Assembly: GCA_963808235.1 (NCBI GenBank)
Contig: CAWEEQ010000001.1
Coordinates: forward strand, 316,625 to 380,624
Source of the DNA: an uncultured delta proteobacterium
GTDB lineage: Bacteria > Desulfobacterota > Binatia > Binatales > Binataceae
DNA: 64,000 nt
Direction: 5' to 3'
In this document: one piece after another, positions 19,095-28,309 of the stretch
Layout of the letters: each line of letters begins with the position of its first letter
How positions within the stretch are numbered: the first letter of the stretch is position 1
The notes under the pieces: generated by a model
Database searches by the model: none
What the model saw: only the letters and a program-made list of their open reading frames with translations
What the model was told of the DNA's origin: nothing
Translations under genes and position numbers: made by a program

Positions 19095-19940
19095 CTAGTC
19101 GATCGGCGGCGGTGATACGCGCTGGCCATTTTTCAGGATCAGGTACTGGCGCTCGGGCGCGTCGCATAGCGCGCCGGTTTGTACGACTCGTGCACCGTCG
19201 GGCGCGTATTGGAGAATGTATGACTTCCGCACTCCAGTGGTGACATTCGGTCCAGTCCGATGCGGCATCAGCGAGGAAAAGACGACGATACTTCCCGCTC
19301 CGACTGGAACCGCGAGCGCGTCGGAGCCATCGTCCTCGCGGCATACATAACCAAGCTCGGAGGGGCGATGCGCCATCGTTCCGCGCAAGTGGCCACCCGG
19401 AATTACCCACGGACATCCGTTGTCAACGGTCGCGTCGTTGAGGGCGAGCCAGCAGGTCAGGTAGGCCTGCGGTTCGATGTAGGTATAGCCGTTGTCCTGA
19501 TGCCACGGGAACGGTTTCGGATATTCGGGTTTCTTGTAAACCGCCTGGTCCCAGTAGAGACGCGCGTTTGGTCCGATCAAATCTTGGCAGAGATCCTGAA
19601 AGACTCCGCTTGCGGAAAAATCGCGGATCAGCTTCGAGTGTTTGACCAGATGCACCGTGAAGCTGATTCCGTCCGCCTCCGCGATAAACATCCTGCGGTC
19701 AGGCCGTGAGCGCAGAAACTCTTCGGTTTTCGCCTCGAAGGGATCGATCGCGTTGCGGACCCGCTCGATAGTCGCGCGATCGAATGCGTCTTCGAGTACG
19801 AAAAAGCCGCGCTCGTTGAAAGATCGCGCCTGCTCGTCACTGATCAGACGAAACGGCCCTCGCACCGGCGTCCAACTGAATCCATGATTCAGGGGATGCA
19901 GACCGGAGCCGGAATCACCTATCGATGGAAGTGTGCTCAT
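19095..19940 (-). CDS. Phytanoyl-CoA dioxygenase (PhyH) family Fe/2OG oxygenase
   Basis: WHQD (HxD), NGCPWVIPGGH and PHRTGPN...R motifs. Confidence 0.9.
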   Translation of the reverse strand: MSTLPSIGDSGSGLHPLNHGFSWTPVRGPFRLISDEQARSFNERGFFVLEDAFDRATIERVRNAIDPFEAKTEEFLRSRPDRRMFIAEADGISFTVHLVKHSKLIRDFSASGVFQDLCQDLIGPNARLYWDQAVYKKPEYPKPFPWHQDNGYTYIEPQAYLTCWLALNDATVDNGCPWVIPGGHLRGTMAHRPSELGYVCREDDGSDALAVPVGAGSIVVFSSLMPHRTGPNVTTGVRKSYILQYAPDGARVVQTGALCDAPERQYLILKNGQRVSPPPID

Positions 19941-20172
19941 AGCTCCGGAATTATTCCTCTGCCAGAGTGCGATTCGCAGCCAGCACGAAACCGGCCGCTC
20001 CCGTCAGATCACCCCGAGCCACACTCAAGGTACGCCCTTGCATCTTCGTCATGTCAAGAGCCCGATCTGCTCTGCGGTTGACAGGAACTCTCGCGTTGGG
20101 TTCGTATACTGCGTCGATGTTCCAACGAGGCTGCACGATCGGCCGCGCCAGCGGTGCGGCGGGAGAATGAAC

Positions 20173-20475
20173 ATGAAACGGATCACAATTGCTCTGCTGG
20201 CCTGCGTTGTCCTGGCCGGTTGCGGTCACAAAACCCTCAGCGGCACCTATTTGCCGAAGGGCGGCGGGGTCGGCAATGGCATCACCATGGAAAAGATGGA
20301 ATTCGAGGGTGACCAAGTTACCCTGACCATGTTGGAGCAGAAATTCCAGGTCAGCTACAAGATCGACGGCAAGCACCTGCTGCTCAGCATGAACGGGCAG
20401 CAACTGGTCTTCGACATTCTCGATGACGGCTGCCTCGACGGGGGCGGCAACTTCGGCAAGTTCTGCAAATCTTGA
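20173..20475 (+). CDS. Small lipoprotein
   Basis: MKRITIALLACVVLAGC lipobox, GGGAG RBS, C-terminal Cys pair. Confidence 0.75.
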   Translation: MKRITIALLACVVLAGCGHKTLSGTYLPKGGGVGNGITMEKMEFEGDQVTLTMLEQKFQVSYKIDGKHLLLSMNGQQLVFDILDDGCLDGGGNFGKFCKS

Positions 20476-20497
20476 TCGGCGGTAGCGGTATTGGTTG

Positions 20498-20662
20498 ATG
20501 GCGCAAAAACTCTGCATGGTGAAATCTCTTGAGACCAGCGACATGGAACAGCAACTCCGCTACGAGCTGTCCAATATTCGGATCGCCTTCAGTAGCGAGG
20601 ACGCCCAGGAAGCCCGCAAAGCCTTCTTCGAGAAACGCCACCCCGTCTTCAAGGGAAGATAA
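20498..20662 (+). pseudogene. C-terminal remnant of an enoyl-CoA hydratase/crotonase gene
   Basis: Manual translation ...SEDAQEARKAFFEKRHPVFKGR* is the typical crotonase C-terminus. The upstream part is missing. Confidence 0.75.
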
Positions 20663-20751
20663 AAACAAGCAGAGAACTCAGACAACCTGGGCGCGGCCTT
20701 CCCGCCGGCTTTTGACACATCACGAGCGGATCAAACGAAAGGAAGGAAGCA

Positions 20752-21258
20752 ATGTATTACCAAACCATTTCGCAGTGCACGCAGATGCTGAAGAATCTCG
20801 AAAGCTGGCTCGACAAGGCTGAGCAGTATGCGGGCGCCAAGACGTTTGATGTCGGCGTCCTGATGACCGGCCGCCTCGCGCCCGACATGAAGCCATTCAT
20901 CTACCAAGTTCAAAGCGCATGCGACTACGTCAAGGCGGCGGCGGCTTGGCTCTCAGGGCAGACGCCGCCCAAGCACGAGGATAACGAGCAGTCGATCGAT
21001 GAGGTGCGCGCCCGCATCCGGAAGACCGTCGCATTCGCGGAGAGCGTGACGGAAGCGCAGTACGCCGGTGCCGCCGAGCGGAAGGTCGGCCTCTCCTGGG
21101 CGCCCGGCAAGGTCCTTGGCGGCGAGGACTACCTCCTGCAGATGACGATCCCGAACGTCTATTTCCATATCGTGATGGCCTTCGCGATCCTCCGCCACAA
21201 CGGCGTCGATATCGGCAAGATGAACTTCCTTGGTCCGATCCGTTGGATCGAGGCCTGA
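20752..21258 (+). CDS. DUF1993 family protein
   Basis: RLAPDM.PF..QVQ and PNVYFH...AILRHNGV.IGK..FLG motifs. Confidence 0.9.
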   Translation: MYYQTISQCTQMLKNLESWLDKAEQYAGAKTFDVGVLMTGRLAPDMKPFIYQVQSACDYVKAAAAWLSGQTPPKHEDNEQSIDEVRARIRKTVAFAESVTEAQYAGAAERKVGLSWAPGKVLGGEDYLLQMTIPNVYFHIVMAFAILRHNGVDIGKMNFLGPIRWIEA

Positions 21259-21331
21259 CTTGTACTTTAGAGGCCGCACGAAGACGCGGCGTTTAACGTA
21301 GCACCGGGCCGACGATTGATCTCGTCGACGA

Positions 21332-21871
21332 TCATACCAACCTGGGCATCCGCTTCGCCGAACTGCCGGGCAGCGCCGTCCGAAACTCGGAATACGCCGC
21401 CACCAGAGCATCAAGCGAGAAACTCCTATTGAGCCCACTCGGATTGGGAAGAACCCAGGCCATCGTGCTTGCAAATCCCGTCGCGTGCTGGCCCCACTCG
21501 ACATCTGGCTGGCCGATCATGGTTGAGAAGGCGCGCTTTCCGAGAAAGGCGATCGAACGAGGAGCATAACGCCGAATCTTGGTTTCAAACCCGACTCGAG
21601 CCTTGAGGAATTCTCCCGACAACACCTCATCCGCCCGCTTGGTCGGCCGGCCGACGACCGCGGTAATGCCGCAGCTATATTCGAGCAGACGACGCTCGTC
21701 TTGTGGCTGGAGCCGAATATCCGTGAAACCGGCCAGATGCAGCACCGTCCAGAAGCGATTGCTTCGATTAGAGAAGTTGTGACCGGCTCTTACGGCACTC
21801 GCGGCCGGATTCAGACCGCAGAAAATCACGTCGAGGCCTCTGCCGAGGATATCCGCTTCATATCTGAGCAA
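21332..21871 (-). CDS. mug: G/U mismatch-specific DNA glycosylase
   Basis: DILGRGLDVIFCGLNP, NRFW and LPNPSGLN motifs. Start uncertain; TTG at 21871 assumed. Confidence 0.85.
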   Translation of the reverse strand: MLRYEADILGRGLDVIFCGLNPAASAVRAGHNFSNRSNRFWTVLHLAGFTDIRLQPQDERRLLEYSCGITAVVGRPTKRADEVLSGEFLKARVGFETKIRRYAPRSIAFLGKRAFSTMIGQPDVEWGQHATGFASTMAWVLPNPSGLNRSFSLDALVAAYSEFRTALPGSSAKRMPRLV

Positions 21872-22213
21872 GCTACACGCCCGTCCGCCGGCCCGGCGAG
21901 TCGCTACGCAGCGAGCGACCGGCAACTCAGCACGAGTTTCATCCAAAAGTTGCGGTCGGTAAACTGCTCTGTCGTCACCAGCGAAATATTCGCCACGCTC
22001 TGTGACCCGTCGCTTCACATGCTGAATCCGCAGGCGAATCTTCGGCGATGATCGGTGGACCTAGGTAAATCGCGCCCGGAGAGGAATTGGCCGATCTGCG
22101 CAAATCGGAGCAGAGCGAGAGTTCTCCGGGTCAGCGGGTCATCGCAAATCGCGCGCACACGCGCTGATTTCGATCGATTCTCTAAGATGGGTGCGCCCCT
22201 TGAGACTGAACGA

Positions 22214-22287
22214 TTGCGGGGGAAGGATTTGAACCTTCGACCTCCGGGTTATGAGCCCGGCGAGCTACCAGACTGCTCCACCCCGCT
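22214..22287 (-). tRNA. Initiator tRNA-Met (CAT), CCA not encoded
   Basis: Reverse complement AGCGGGGTGGAGCAGTCTGGTAGCTCGCCGGGCTCATAACCCGG...CCCCGCAA, with GGG/CCC anticodon-stem pairs and an unpaired 1:72 position. Confidence 0.95.
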
Positions 22288-22397
22288 TTGGCAGTGTATC
22301 TGCGGGTTGGTAAGGCGGTCAACATCGAGTGCGTGAAATGCGCGCGGGCGTGTGAAAGCGACGATCTTGCGCGCATCGCTTTTCATGACGGCTCCGC

Positions 22398-22577
22398 TCA
22401 CCCCGCGAGAATTCGGATGTTGCATTCGCGATGCTTTTTGCCGAACTCAATGATCTCTTTTTCGGCGGCGGTGGCGTCCGGTTTCGTGTCAATAAGCATC
22501 AGATGCTTGGCGGCCGCATTGTCGATCCCGTCGGCTTCGACATCCAGGTTGTGGTCGTCACAAATGATAAATGCCAT
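22398..22577 (-). CDS. 59-aa small protein with CxxH...HxxC motif
   Basis: GAGGAG RBS, then MAFIICDDHNL...KKHRECNIRILAG. Confidence 0.75.
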   Translation of the reverse strand: MAFIICDDHNLDVEADGIDNAAAKHLMLIDTKPDATAAEKEIIEFGKKHRECNIRILAG

Positions 22578-22710
22578 TTCGAAATAGCTCCTCGAACCCC
22601 TCACCGTATCCCATCTTTTCAGTGAATTGAATCGCGCGCGCCGCCTTTCACGCTTCGCGCGGGATTTGTGGTAATCGTCACTCAGCAACGAAAACCTGGG
22701 AGTTGATTCG

Positions 22711-23868
22711 ATGAGTCTCAAGGGGAAAGCGGCCGCGATTGGAATCGGCGAACTCAAACCGGTCAAGGAACCCGGCGAGCTGACCGCGCTCGGTTTGATG
22801 GCCAAAGTAGCCGCCGAAGCGATCGCGGACGCCGGCCTCGAAAAAAAAGATATCGACGGCTTCCTGGTCGGCGTGCCGTTTTCCGATCCCGGGATGATCT
22901 ATCCGGCGGCGGCGGCCGAAGTGCTGGGGCTGAATGTCCGGATGCTGAACCAGGTTGATATCGGCGGCGCCAGTCCGGCCGGGATGATTTGGCGGGCGGC
23001 GGCGGCGATCGATGCGGGCATGTGCAACGCCGTGTTGTGCATCGTTGCTGATCTGAACAAGGCGGGCGATCAGCGTCCGCCGGTGATTTCGGTGCAGCGC
23101 GAGTTCGAGGCGCCCTACGGAAATATCGGGGCGAACTGCGGCTACGCGATGATCGCGCATCGCCATATGCACGAATACGGCACCACAGCGCGGCAAATGG
23201 CAAAGGTGGCGGTCGATCAGCGGACCAACGCGCTCAAAAACCCGCTCGCGACTTTCAACGACAAGGCGCTCACAATCGAGGAAGTGTTGAGCTCGAGGAT
23301 GATCGTCGATCCCCTGCATCTTTATGAAATCGTAAGCCCGGTCAGCGGCGGTGCCGCGATAATCGTCGCATCGCCGGAAGTGGCGAAGCGCGCAAAAAAT
23401 CCCCCGATATGGCTGCTCGGCGCCGGCGAGTACGCCAATCATTCGAGCATCACCTACGCGCCGTCGATCACCGAGTCGCCGATCAAGCCGGCCGCCGCGG
23501 CCGCGTTCAAGATGGCGGGACTGCTGCCCAAAGACATGGATCTCGTCTGCCCATACGACTGCTACACGATCACCGTTATAGTCACGCTCGAGGATGCGGG
23601 CTTCTGCGCGAAGGGGCGCGGCGGCCCGTTCGTGATGGAGCACGATCTCACCTACGCTGGAGATTTTCCCTGCAACACGCATGGTGGACAGCTGTCGTTC
23701 GGGCAGCCGGGCTTGGCTGGCGGCATGAGTCACGTGACCGAAGGAATCAGACAGTTGATGGGCCGCGGCGGCGAGCGTCAGGTAAAAAATGCGGCGCTCG
23801 GCTACGTCAATGGTAATGGCGGAATCATGAGCGAGCAGGCAAGCCTCGTGCTGGAGCGCAGATCATGA
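22711..23868 (+). CDS. Thiolase-superfamily (SCP-x/Ltp2-like) protein
   Basis: YDCY and NTHGGQLS motifs. The nucleophilic Cys position reads GGASP. Confidence 0.9.
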   Translation: MSLKGKAAAIGIGELKPVKEPGELTALGLMAKVAAEAIADAGLEKKDIDGFLVGVPFSDPGMIYPAAAAEVLGLNVRMLNQVDIGGASPAGMIWRAAAAIDAGMCNAVLCIVADLNKAGDQRPPVISVQREFEAPYGNIGANCGYAMIAHRHMHEYGTTARQMAKVAVDQRTNALKNPLATFNDKALTIEEVLSSRMIVDPLHLYEIVSPVSGGAAIIVASPEVAKRAKNPPIWLLGAGEYANHSSITYAPSITESPIKPAAAAAFKMAGLLPKDMDLVCPYDCYTITVIVTLEDAGFCAKGRGGPFVMEHDLTYAGDFPCNTHGGQLSFGQPGLAGGMSHVTEGIRQLMGRGGERQVKNAALGYVNGNGGIMSEQASLVLERRS

Positions 23869-24263
23869 GCGAGTATTACAAACCGCTTCCGAAGCCATCG
23901 CCAACCAGCCGTCCCTTCTGGGAAGCTGCCCGGCGTCACGAGCTGCAGATTCAACGCTGCGCTGCGTGCCGCGAATACATCTACTACCCGCGCAACCGAT
24001 GCCCGAAGTGCTTCTCGGACCAGCTTTCATGGGAGCGCGTGAGCGGACGAGGCAAAGTTTACAGCTACACGATCGTGCGGCGAGCCTCGAGTCGCGCATT
24101 CTCCGATCCGTACGTTCTAGCGATTGTGGAATTGGCCGAGGGCCCGCGAATGACCTCCAACATCGTCGCGCCGCTGGACCAGGTCCGGGTCGAAATGCCG
24201 GTCGAGGTATTCTTCGACGACGTGACTCCTGAAGTTACGCTAGTGAAGTTCAAACCCGCGTAG
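23865..24263 (+). CDS. DUF35 Zn-ribbon/OB-fold protein
   Basis: PFWEAA, CxxC...CxxC and GKVYSYT motifs. ATGA-coupled to the thiolase-like gene. Confidence 0.92.
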   Translation: MSEYYKPLPKPSPTSRPFWEAARRHELQIQRCAACREYIYYPRNRCPKCFSDQLSWERVSGRGKVYSYTIVRRASSRAFSDPYVLAIVELAEGPRMTSNIVAPLDQVRVEMPVEVFFDDVTPEVTLVKFKPA

Positions 24264-24270
24264 CGCGCGA

Positions 24271-24951
24271 TCACGCGAGCAGAACGGCCACGATTCCGGT
24301 CAGAAATATTCCGTCGAACGTGCCCGCTCCGCCGATCGATGCGACTGGTGCGCCCAAATCCCGGAGCCGGCCAAGGTTCAGCAGATCCGCGCCGACTAGC
24401 GTGCCCATCACGCCGCTGATGAATGCCACCGCGTCGCGATGATAGTCCGACCCGCCGCCGAGGAAGTACCCGCATAGGGCGGCCGCGATCGGCGGAATCA
24501 GCATCGGGGTCGCGATTCCCAAACCGGGAATGGGCCGCGCGAAACGATGAACGATCGCGCTGACGATTGCGATTCCAATCAAAGCGGGAATGACTATCCC
24601 CGGCCAGTGCATCAGCAGATACACCGAGATCAGCACCGGAACGATCGCGCCGCCGACATTCACCGCAACGATCGTCGATCCGGGCGCATATGCGATCGGC
24701 ACCTGGTAGCGAACGCCAAAGCTGCTAATCACATTGGCGGGATGAGGGTTGCTGCTCGCGATGCGCGTGATGGGAATATTGATGTAACTGCCGATCAAGC
24801 TTGCGAGCAGCGCCGCAAAGGCCGCCTCCGGCGGTAGCCCGATCATCATGAATGCGTAGTTGATTACATGAATCTCGACCAGGATGAAGAAGAACGCGAG
24901 CAGGAAGAAGAACAGGATCGCGTAGAAGAACAGAAACGGCGCGAAAAACAC
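24271..24951 (-). CDS. DUF1614 family membrane protein
   Basis: GSYINIP, AVNVGGAIVP, GADLLN and SIGGAGTFDGIFLTG motifs. Confidence 0.88.
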   Translation of the reverse strand: MFFAPFLFFYAILFFFLLAFFFILVEIHVINYAFMMIGLPPEAAFAALLASLIGSYINIPITRIASSNPHPANVISSFGVRYQVPIAYAPGSTIVAVNVGGAIVPVLISVYLLMHWPGIVIPALIGIAIVSAIVHRFARPIPGLGIATPMLIPPIAAALCGYFLGGGSDYHRDAVAFISGVMGTLVGADLLNLGRLRDLGAPVASIGGAGTFDGIFLTGIVAVLLA

Positions 24952-24983
24952 GGCGCGATGATAGCAGGGCGCCCGCGGGCAAA

Positions 24984-25553
24984 CTATCCGTTCCTGAGCC
25001 CGGGGATGAAGCGCCGGCGCGAGCCGAGTGCGTCCGCATATTGTCCGCCCATCGCACGTTCCTCGGCGGGGATTCGAATCGCGAGAATCAGCGCGTTGCC
25101 GATCGAGAATGCGATCGCGGTGAAAATCGCACCGCCGATCATCGGCACCGCGGCTATCTCGATCACTACCGCGAGGTAGTTGGGATGACGCATGAAACGA
25201 TATGGGCCGGTCGTCACGGGCGCCCGCTCAGGAGTGACGACGATTCGTGTGTTCCAGCGCTCGCCCAAGGTGGAGACCGCCCAGTAGCGGAGTGCTTGCG
25301 CGCAGGCCTCCGCGGTCAAAGCGATCCACGCGACTGCGCTCGGAAAGGAATGCGGCAAAACGATCGCCTCCGCCGCACATGAAACGATGAACAGCGAATG
25401 AAAGGCGACCATGACCCGGTAGTGAGCCTGGCCGACTTCGACTGCGCCGCGCTCAAACGCACGCCGGGCATTGCGCCGCGCAAGATCGAGCTCGAAAATT
25501 CGCTCGACCACCAGCATCGCGAGGATAATCAGATAAGTGCGGAGCGAGATCAC
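24984..25553 (-). CDS. Isoprenylcysteine carboxyl methyltransferase family (SrsB/BpsB-like)
   Basis: LGERWNTRI, GPYRFMRHPNY and RIPAEE motifs. GTG start overlaps the PKS stop codon. Confidence 0.9.
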   Translation of the reverse strand: MISLRTYLIILAMLVVERIFELDLARRNARRAFERGAVEVGQAHYRVMVAFHSLFIVSCAAEAIVLPHSFPSAVAWIALTAEACAQALRYWAVSTLGERWNTRIVVTPERAPVTTGPYRFMRHPNYLAVVIEIAAVPMIGGAIFTAIAFSIGNALILAIRIPAEERAMGGQYADALGSRRRFIPGLRNG

Positions 25554-26632
25554 CACTTCAGCAGAACCAGCTCGACCGAAAACCCCGGGCCCATCCCGAT
25601 CATCATCCCGTAGTCGCCTGGCTCGGGTATGTGATCTTTCAGCAATTCGTCGAGGATGAATATCACCGAGGCTGACGACAGGTTTCCGACCGAGCGCAGC
25701 GAACGCCATGAGCGCGCGAGCGCGTCCTCGGGGAGATTGAGCGCCGATTCGAGCGTCTCGAGAACCTTCGGACCGCCGGCATGCGCAATCCAGTGGCGGA
25801 TTGCGCCGCGATCGATATCCTGCGTCGCCAGGAACGAATCCACCTCGCCGAGGATGTGCTTGTTTACCAGGTCGGTGAGTTTCGACGACAACACGATCTT
25901 GAATCCGGTGTCCACGATCTCCCAGCCGAGGATCTGCTCGGTGTTGGGAAAGACCAGCGAACGAGTCGCGACGATTTGCGGCCCCGCGGTTCCGGGGCGA
26001 TCGCCCGCGCCGATCAGCATCGCGGCCGCGCCGTCTCCGAAAAGTCCCGACGCGATAATGTTTGCGATCGACAGATCCTCGCGCTGCAACGTGAGCGAGC
26101 ACAACTCGATCGATAGCAGCATCGCGACTTCTCCCGGGAACGCGCGAATATAATCCGCGGCGCGAGCAGTTCCGGCCGCTCCCGCAACGCATCCGAGCCC
26201 GAAGATAGGCGTGCGTTTGATCTCCTTGCGCATCCCGAGCGCGCTTATCACGCGAGTGTCGATACTCGGCACCGCGATTCCGGTCACCGTCACGAAGAAC
26301 AGATGATCAACGTCGCGCGGCTTTAAGCCCGCCTGCTCGAGCGCCGCGTGCGCAGCCCGCGTGCCGACCTCGGGCGCCACCCGCATCCACGCGTCATTGG
26401 TCTTCGCGAAGGTGTCGAGCGGAATGTATTGCTCGATCGGCAACGCGAGATGACGTCCGGTGATTCCGAGTGCGCCCTGGATTTTGTCGAATCGGCGCAG
26501 ATCCGTATACCGACGCTCCCACAACTCTCGCAGCCGCGCGCTCAGCTGCTCCTGGTCGACATAGTTACCCGGCAACGCGGTGCCGGTTCCAATTACGCTG
26601 GGTACATTTTGACTAATCACTTCTGGTTGCAT
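25550..26632 (-). CDS. Type III polyketide synthase (SrsA/BpsA-like)
   Basis: Catalytic triad LGCVAG, HAGG and GNLSSAS; also ELCSL, FGDGAAA and GPGF. Confidence 0.93.
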   Translation of the reverse strand: MQPEVISQNVPSVIGTGTALPGNYVDQEQLSARLRELWERRYTDLRRFDKIQGALGITGRHLALPIEQYIPLDTFAKTNDAWMRVAPEVGTRAAHAALEQAGLKPRDVDHLFFVTVTGIAVPSIDTRVISALGMRKEIKRTPIFGLGCVAGAAGTARAADYIRAFPGEVAMLLSIELCSLTLQREDLSIANIIASGLFGDGAAAMLIGAGDRPGTAGPQIVATRSLVFPNTEQILGWEIVDTGFKIVLSSKLTDLVNKHILGEVDSFLATQDIDRGAIRHWIAHAGGPKVLETLESALNLPEDALARSWRSLRSVGNLSSASVIFILDELLKDHIPEPGDYGMMIGMGPGFSVELVLLKW

Positions 26633-26825
26633 GCCGTCCGAAAGCGGTAATCGTGGCGGACTTGGCGAGCTTCTCCTTCCCCTTCCCGGTCTGTTTATAG
26701 GTTAACGTTATCTGCCGGCAATTCACACCACCATCGAATCCGCTTCGCTTTGCGATAATGCCCGGCAACCGCCACTATATCGCTCTTGTGCCCAGTGCTG
26801 CATCAGTTAAGATCACCCTCCAATT

Positions 26826-27392
26826 ATGAATTCTGAACAACGCGCTGAATTATTGGTGATGCTCGCCCGGGAATCGTATTTCGAACGCGAACTCACCCTC
26901 GCGTCGGGACGTGCATCCAACTATTACGTGGACTGCAAACGCACGCTGTATCTGCCGCGCGGCGCTTTTTTGGCCGGCGAGCTCGTGTTCGAGCTCGTGA
27001 TGAACGCGGGTGTGGAACAGCTTGGCGGCATGGCCGCGGGAGCGTTGCCGGTAACGGACGCCGTCATTGCGGCGGCGCATCGCCACGGCGCCAACTTGCG
27101 CGGTTTCTTCGTGCGCAAGGAGACCAAGCAGCACGGGCTGCAGCAAATGGTCGAGGGCGCATTCAAGTCGGGACTCAAGACCGCTGTGATCGACGATACG
27201 ATTACCACCGGCGGTTCGAGTCTGCAGGCGGTGACCGCGATGCGCGAAGCGGGCGGGGTCGTGACCACGGCGCTCGCGCTGGTCGAACGCGGCGAGGGGG
27301 CGGTCGAGGCGTTCGCGCGTGCGGGTCTGAAATACAGCTGGGTGTTCACCGCGGAAGAAGTGCGCGCGGAGCGCGCCGGGCATTCTGCTTAA
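26826..27392 (+). CDS. pyrE: Orotate phosphoribosyltransferase
   Basis: LASGRASNYYVD, VRKETKQHG and VIDDTITTGGS motifs. Confidence 0.95.
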   Translation: MNSEQRAELLVMLARESYFERELTLASGRASNYYVDCKRTLYLPRGAFLAGELVFELVMNAGVEQLGGMAAGALPVTDAVIAAAHRHGANLRGFFVRKETKQHGLQQMVEGAFKSGLKTAVIDDTITTGGSSLQAVTAMREAGGVVTTALALVERGEGAVEAFARAGLKYSWVFTAEEVRAERAGHSA

Positions 27393-27420
27393 TCTGACCG
27401 CCTGATTTCGCTTTTCTCCC

Positions 27421-28302
27421 ATGAGGTTTTCAGGAATCAGTGGCGACATTGCAGTCGCGGCGATTTTTGGCGATCCGATAGGACAATCCAAATCGCCAGT
27501 GATGCACAACGCTGCTTACGCGTCGCTCGGGATGAACCGAACCTACGCGGCGTTTCGCGTCACGCCTCAGAATCTCGCATCGGCGCTTCGCGCGATTGCT
27601 CCGCTCGGAATCATCGGCGTAAATCTGACCGTGCCGCACAAGGAAGCCGCAGCCAGACTCATCAAGGATCTCAGCGGCGAGGCGCGAATGCTCGGCGCGG
27701 TCAATTGCGTAGTGAATCGGCGGGGCACGCTCCGCGGCGACAATACCGATGCGCGCGGTCTCGAGCGGGACTTGCGCGATCTCGGATGCGAGTTGCGCGG
27801 CGGCCTCGCGATCGTGATCGGCGCGGGCGGCGGTGCGGCGGCGTCGGTGCTGGCATGCGTCCGCCTCGGTGCGAACCGGGTCGTGATCGCAAATCGCACG
27901 CCTGCTCGCGCCGCGGCGCTCGCCCGCCGCTTTACGTCGAAACATGTGACCCGCGCGGCTGAGGGTGAGCCTCGCGGTCTCGACGCGCTTGTTGACGCCG
28001 AGCTTCTTGCCGGCGCGCGATTGATCGTCAACGCGACGTCGATGGGGCTCAAGGCGGATCGATTCGCACGTATCGATTACGACGCGACCCCGGCGGATTG
28101 TCTGTTTTACGATCTTATTTATTCGCGGGAGCCGACCGCATTCCTGAAGCCGGCGCACGCGGCCGGGCGCCGCGCGATTGATGGCGCCGGGATGCTGGTA
28201 AACCAGGGCGAACTCGCATTCAAGCTGTTCAATCGCATCGCACCGCCGGCAGGCGTGATGCGCTCGGCTCTGCTGACTTCGCTCGGCCGCCAGGTCGAGT
28301 AG
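27421..28302 (+). CDS. aroE: Shikimate dehydrogenase
   Basis: SKSPVMHN, NLTVPHK, GAVN, NTD, GAGGGA and DGAGML motifs. Confidence 0.95.
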   Translation: MRFSGISGDIAVAAIFGDPIGQSKSPVMHNAAYASLGMNRTYAAFRVTPQNLASALRAIAPLGIIGVNLTVPHKEAAARLIKDLSGEARMLGAVNCVVNRRGTLRGDNTDARGLERDLRDLGCELRGGLAIVIGAGGGAAASVLACVRLGANRVVIANRTPARAAALARRFTSKHVTRAAEGEPRGLDALVDAELLAGARLIVNATSMGLKADRFARIDYDATPADCLFYDLIYSREPTAFLKPAHAAGRRAIDGAGMLVNQGELAFKLFNRIAPPAGVMRSALLTSLGRQVE

Positions 28303-28309
28303 TGCCGCG

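Noticed and set aside
24984-26192. 402-aa ORF as an extended methyltransferase
   Set aside because: The upstream part is an alternative frame of the PKS gene. The real start is GTG 25553.
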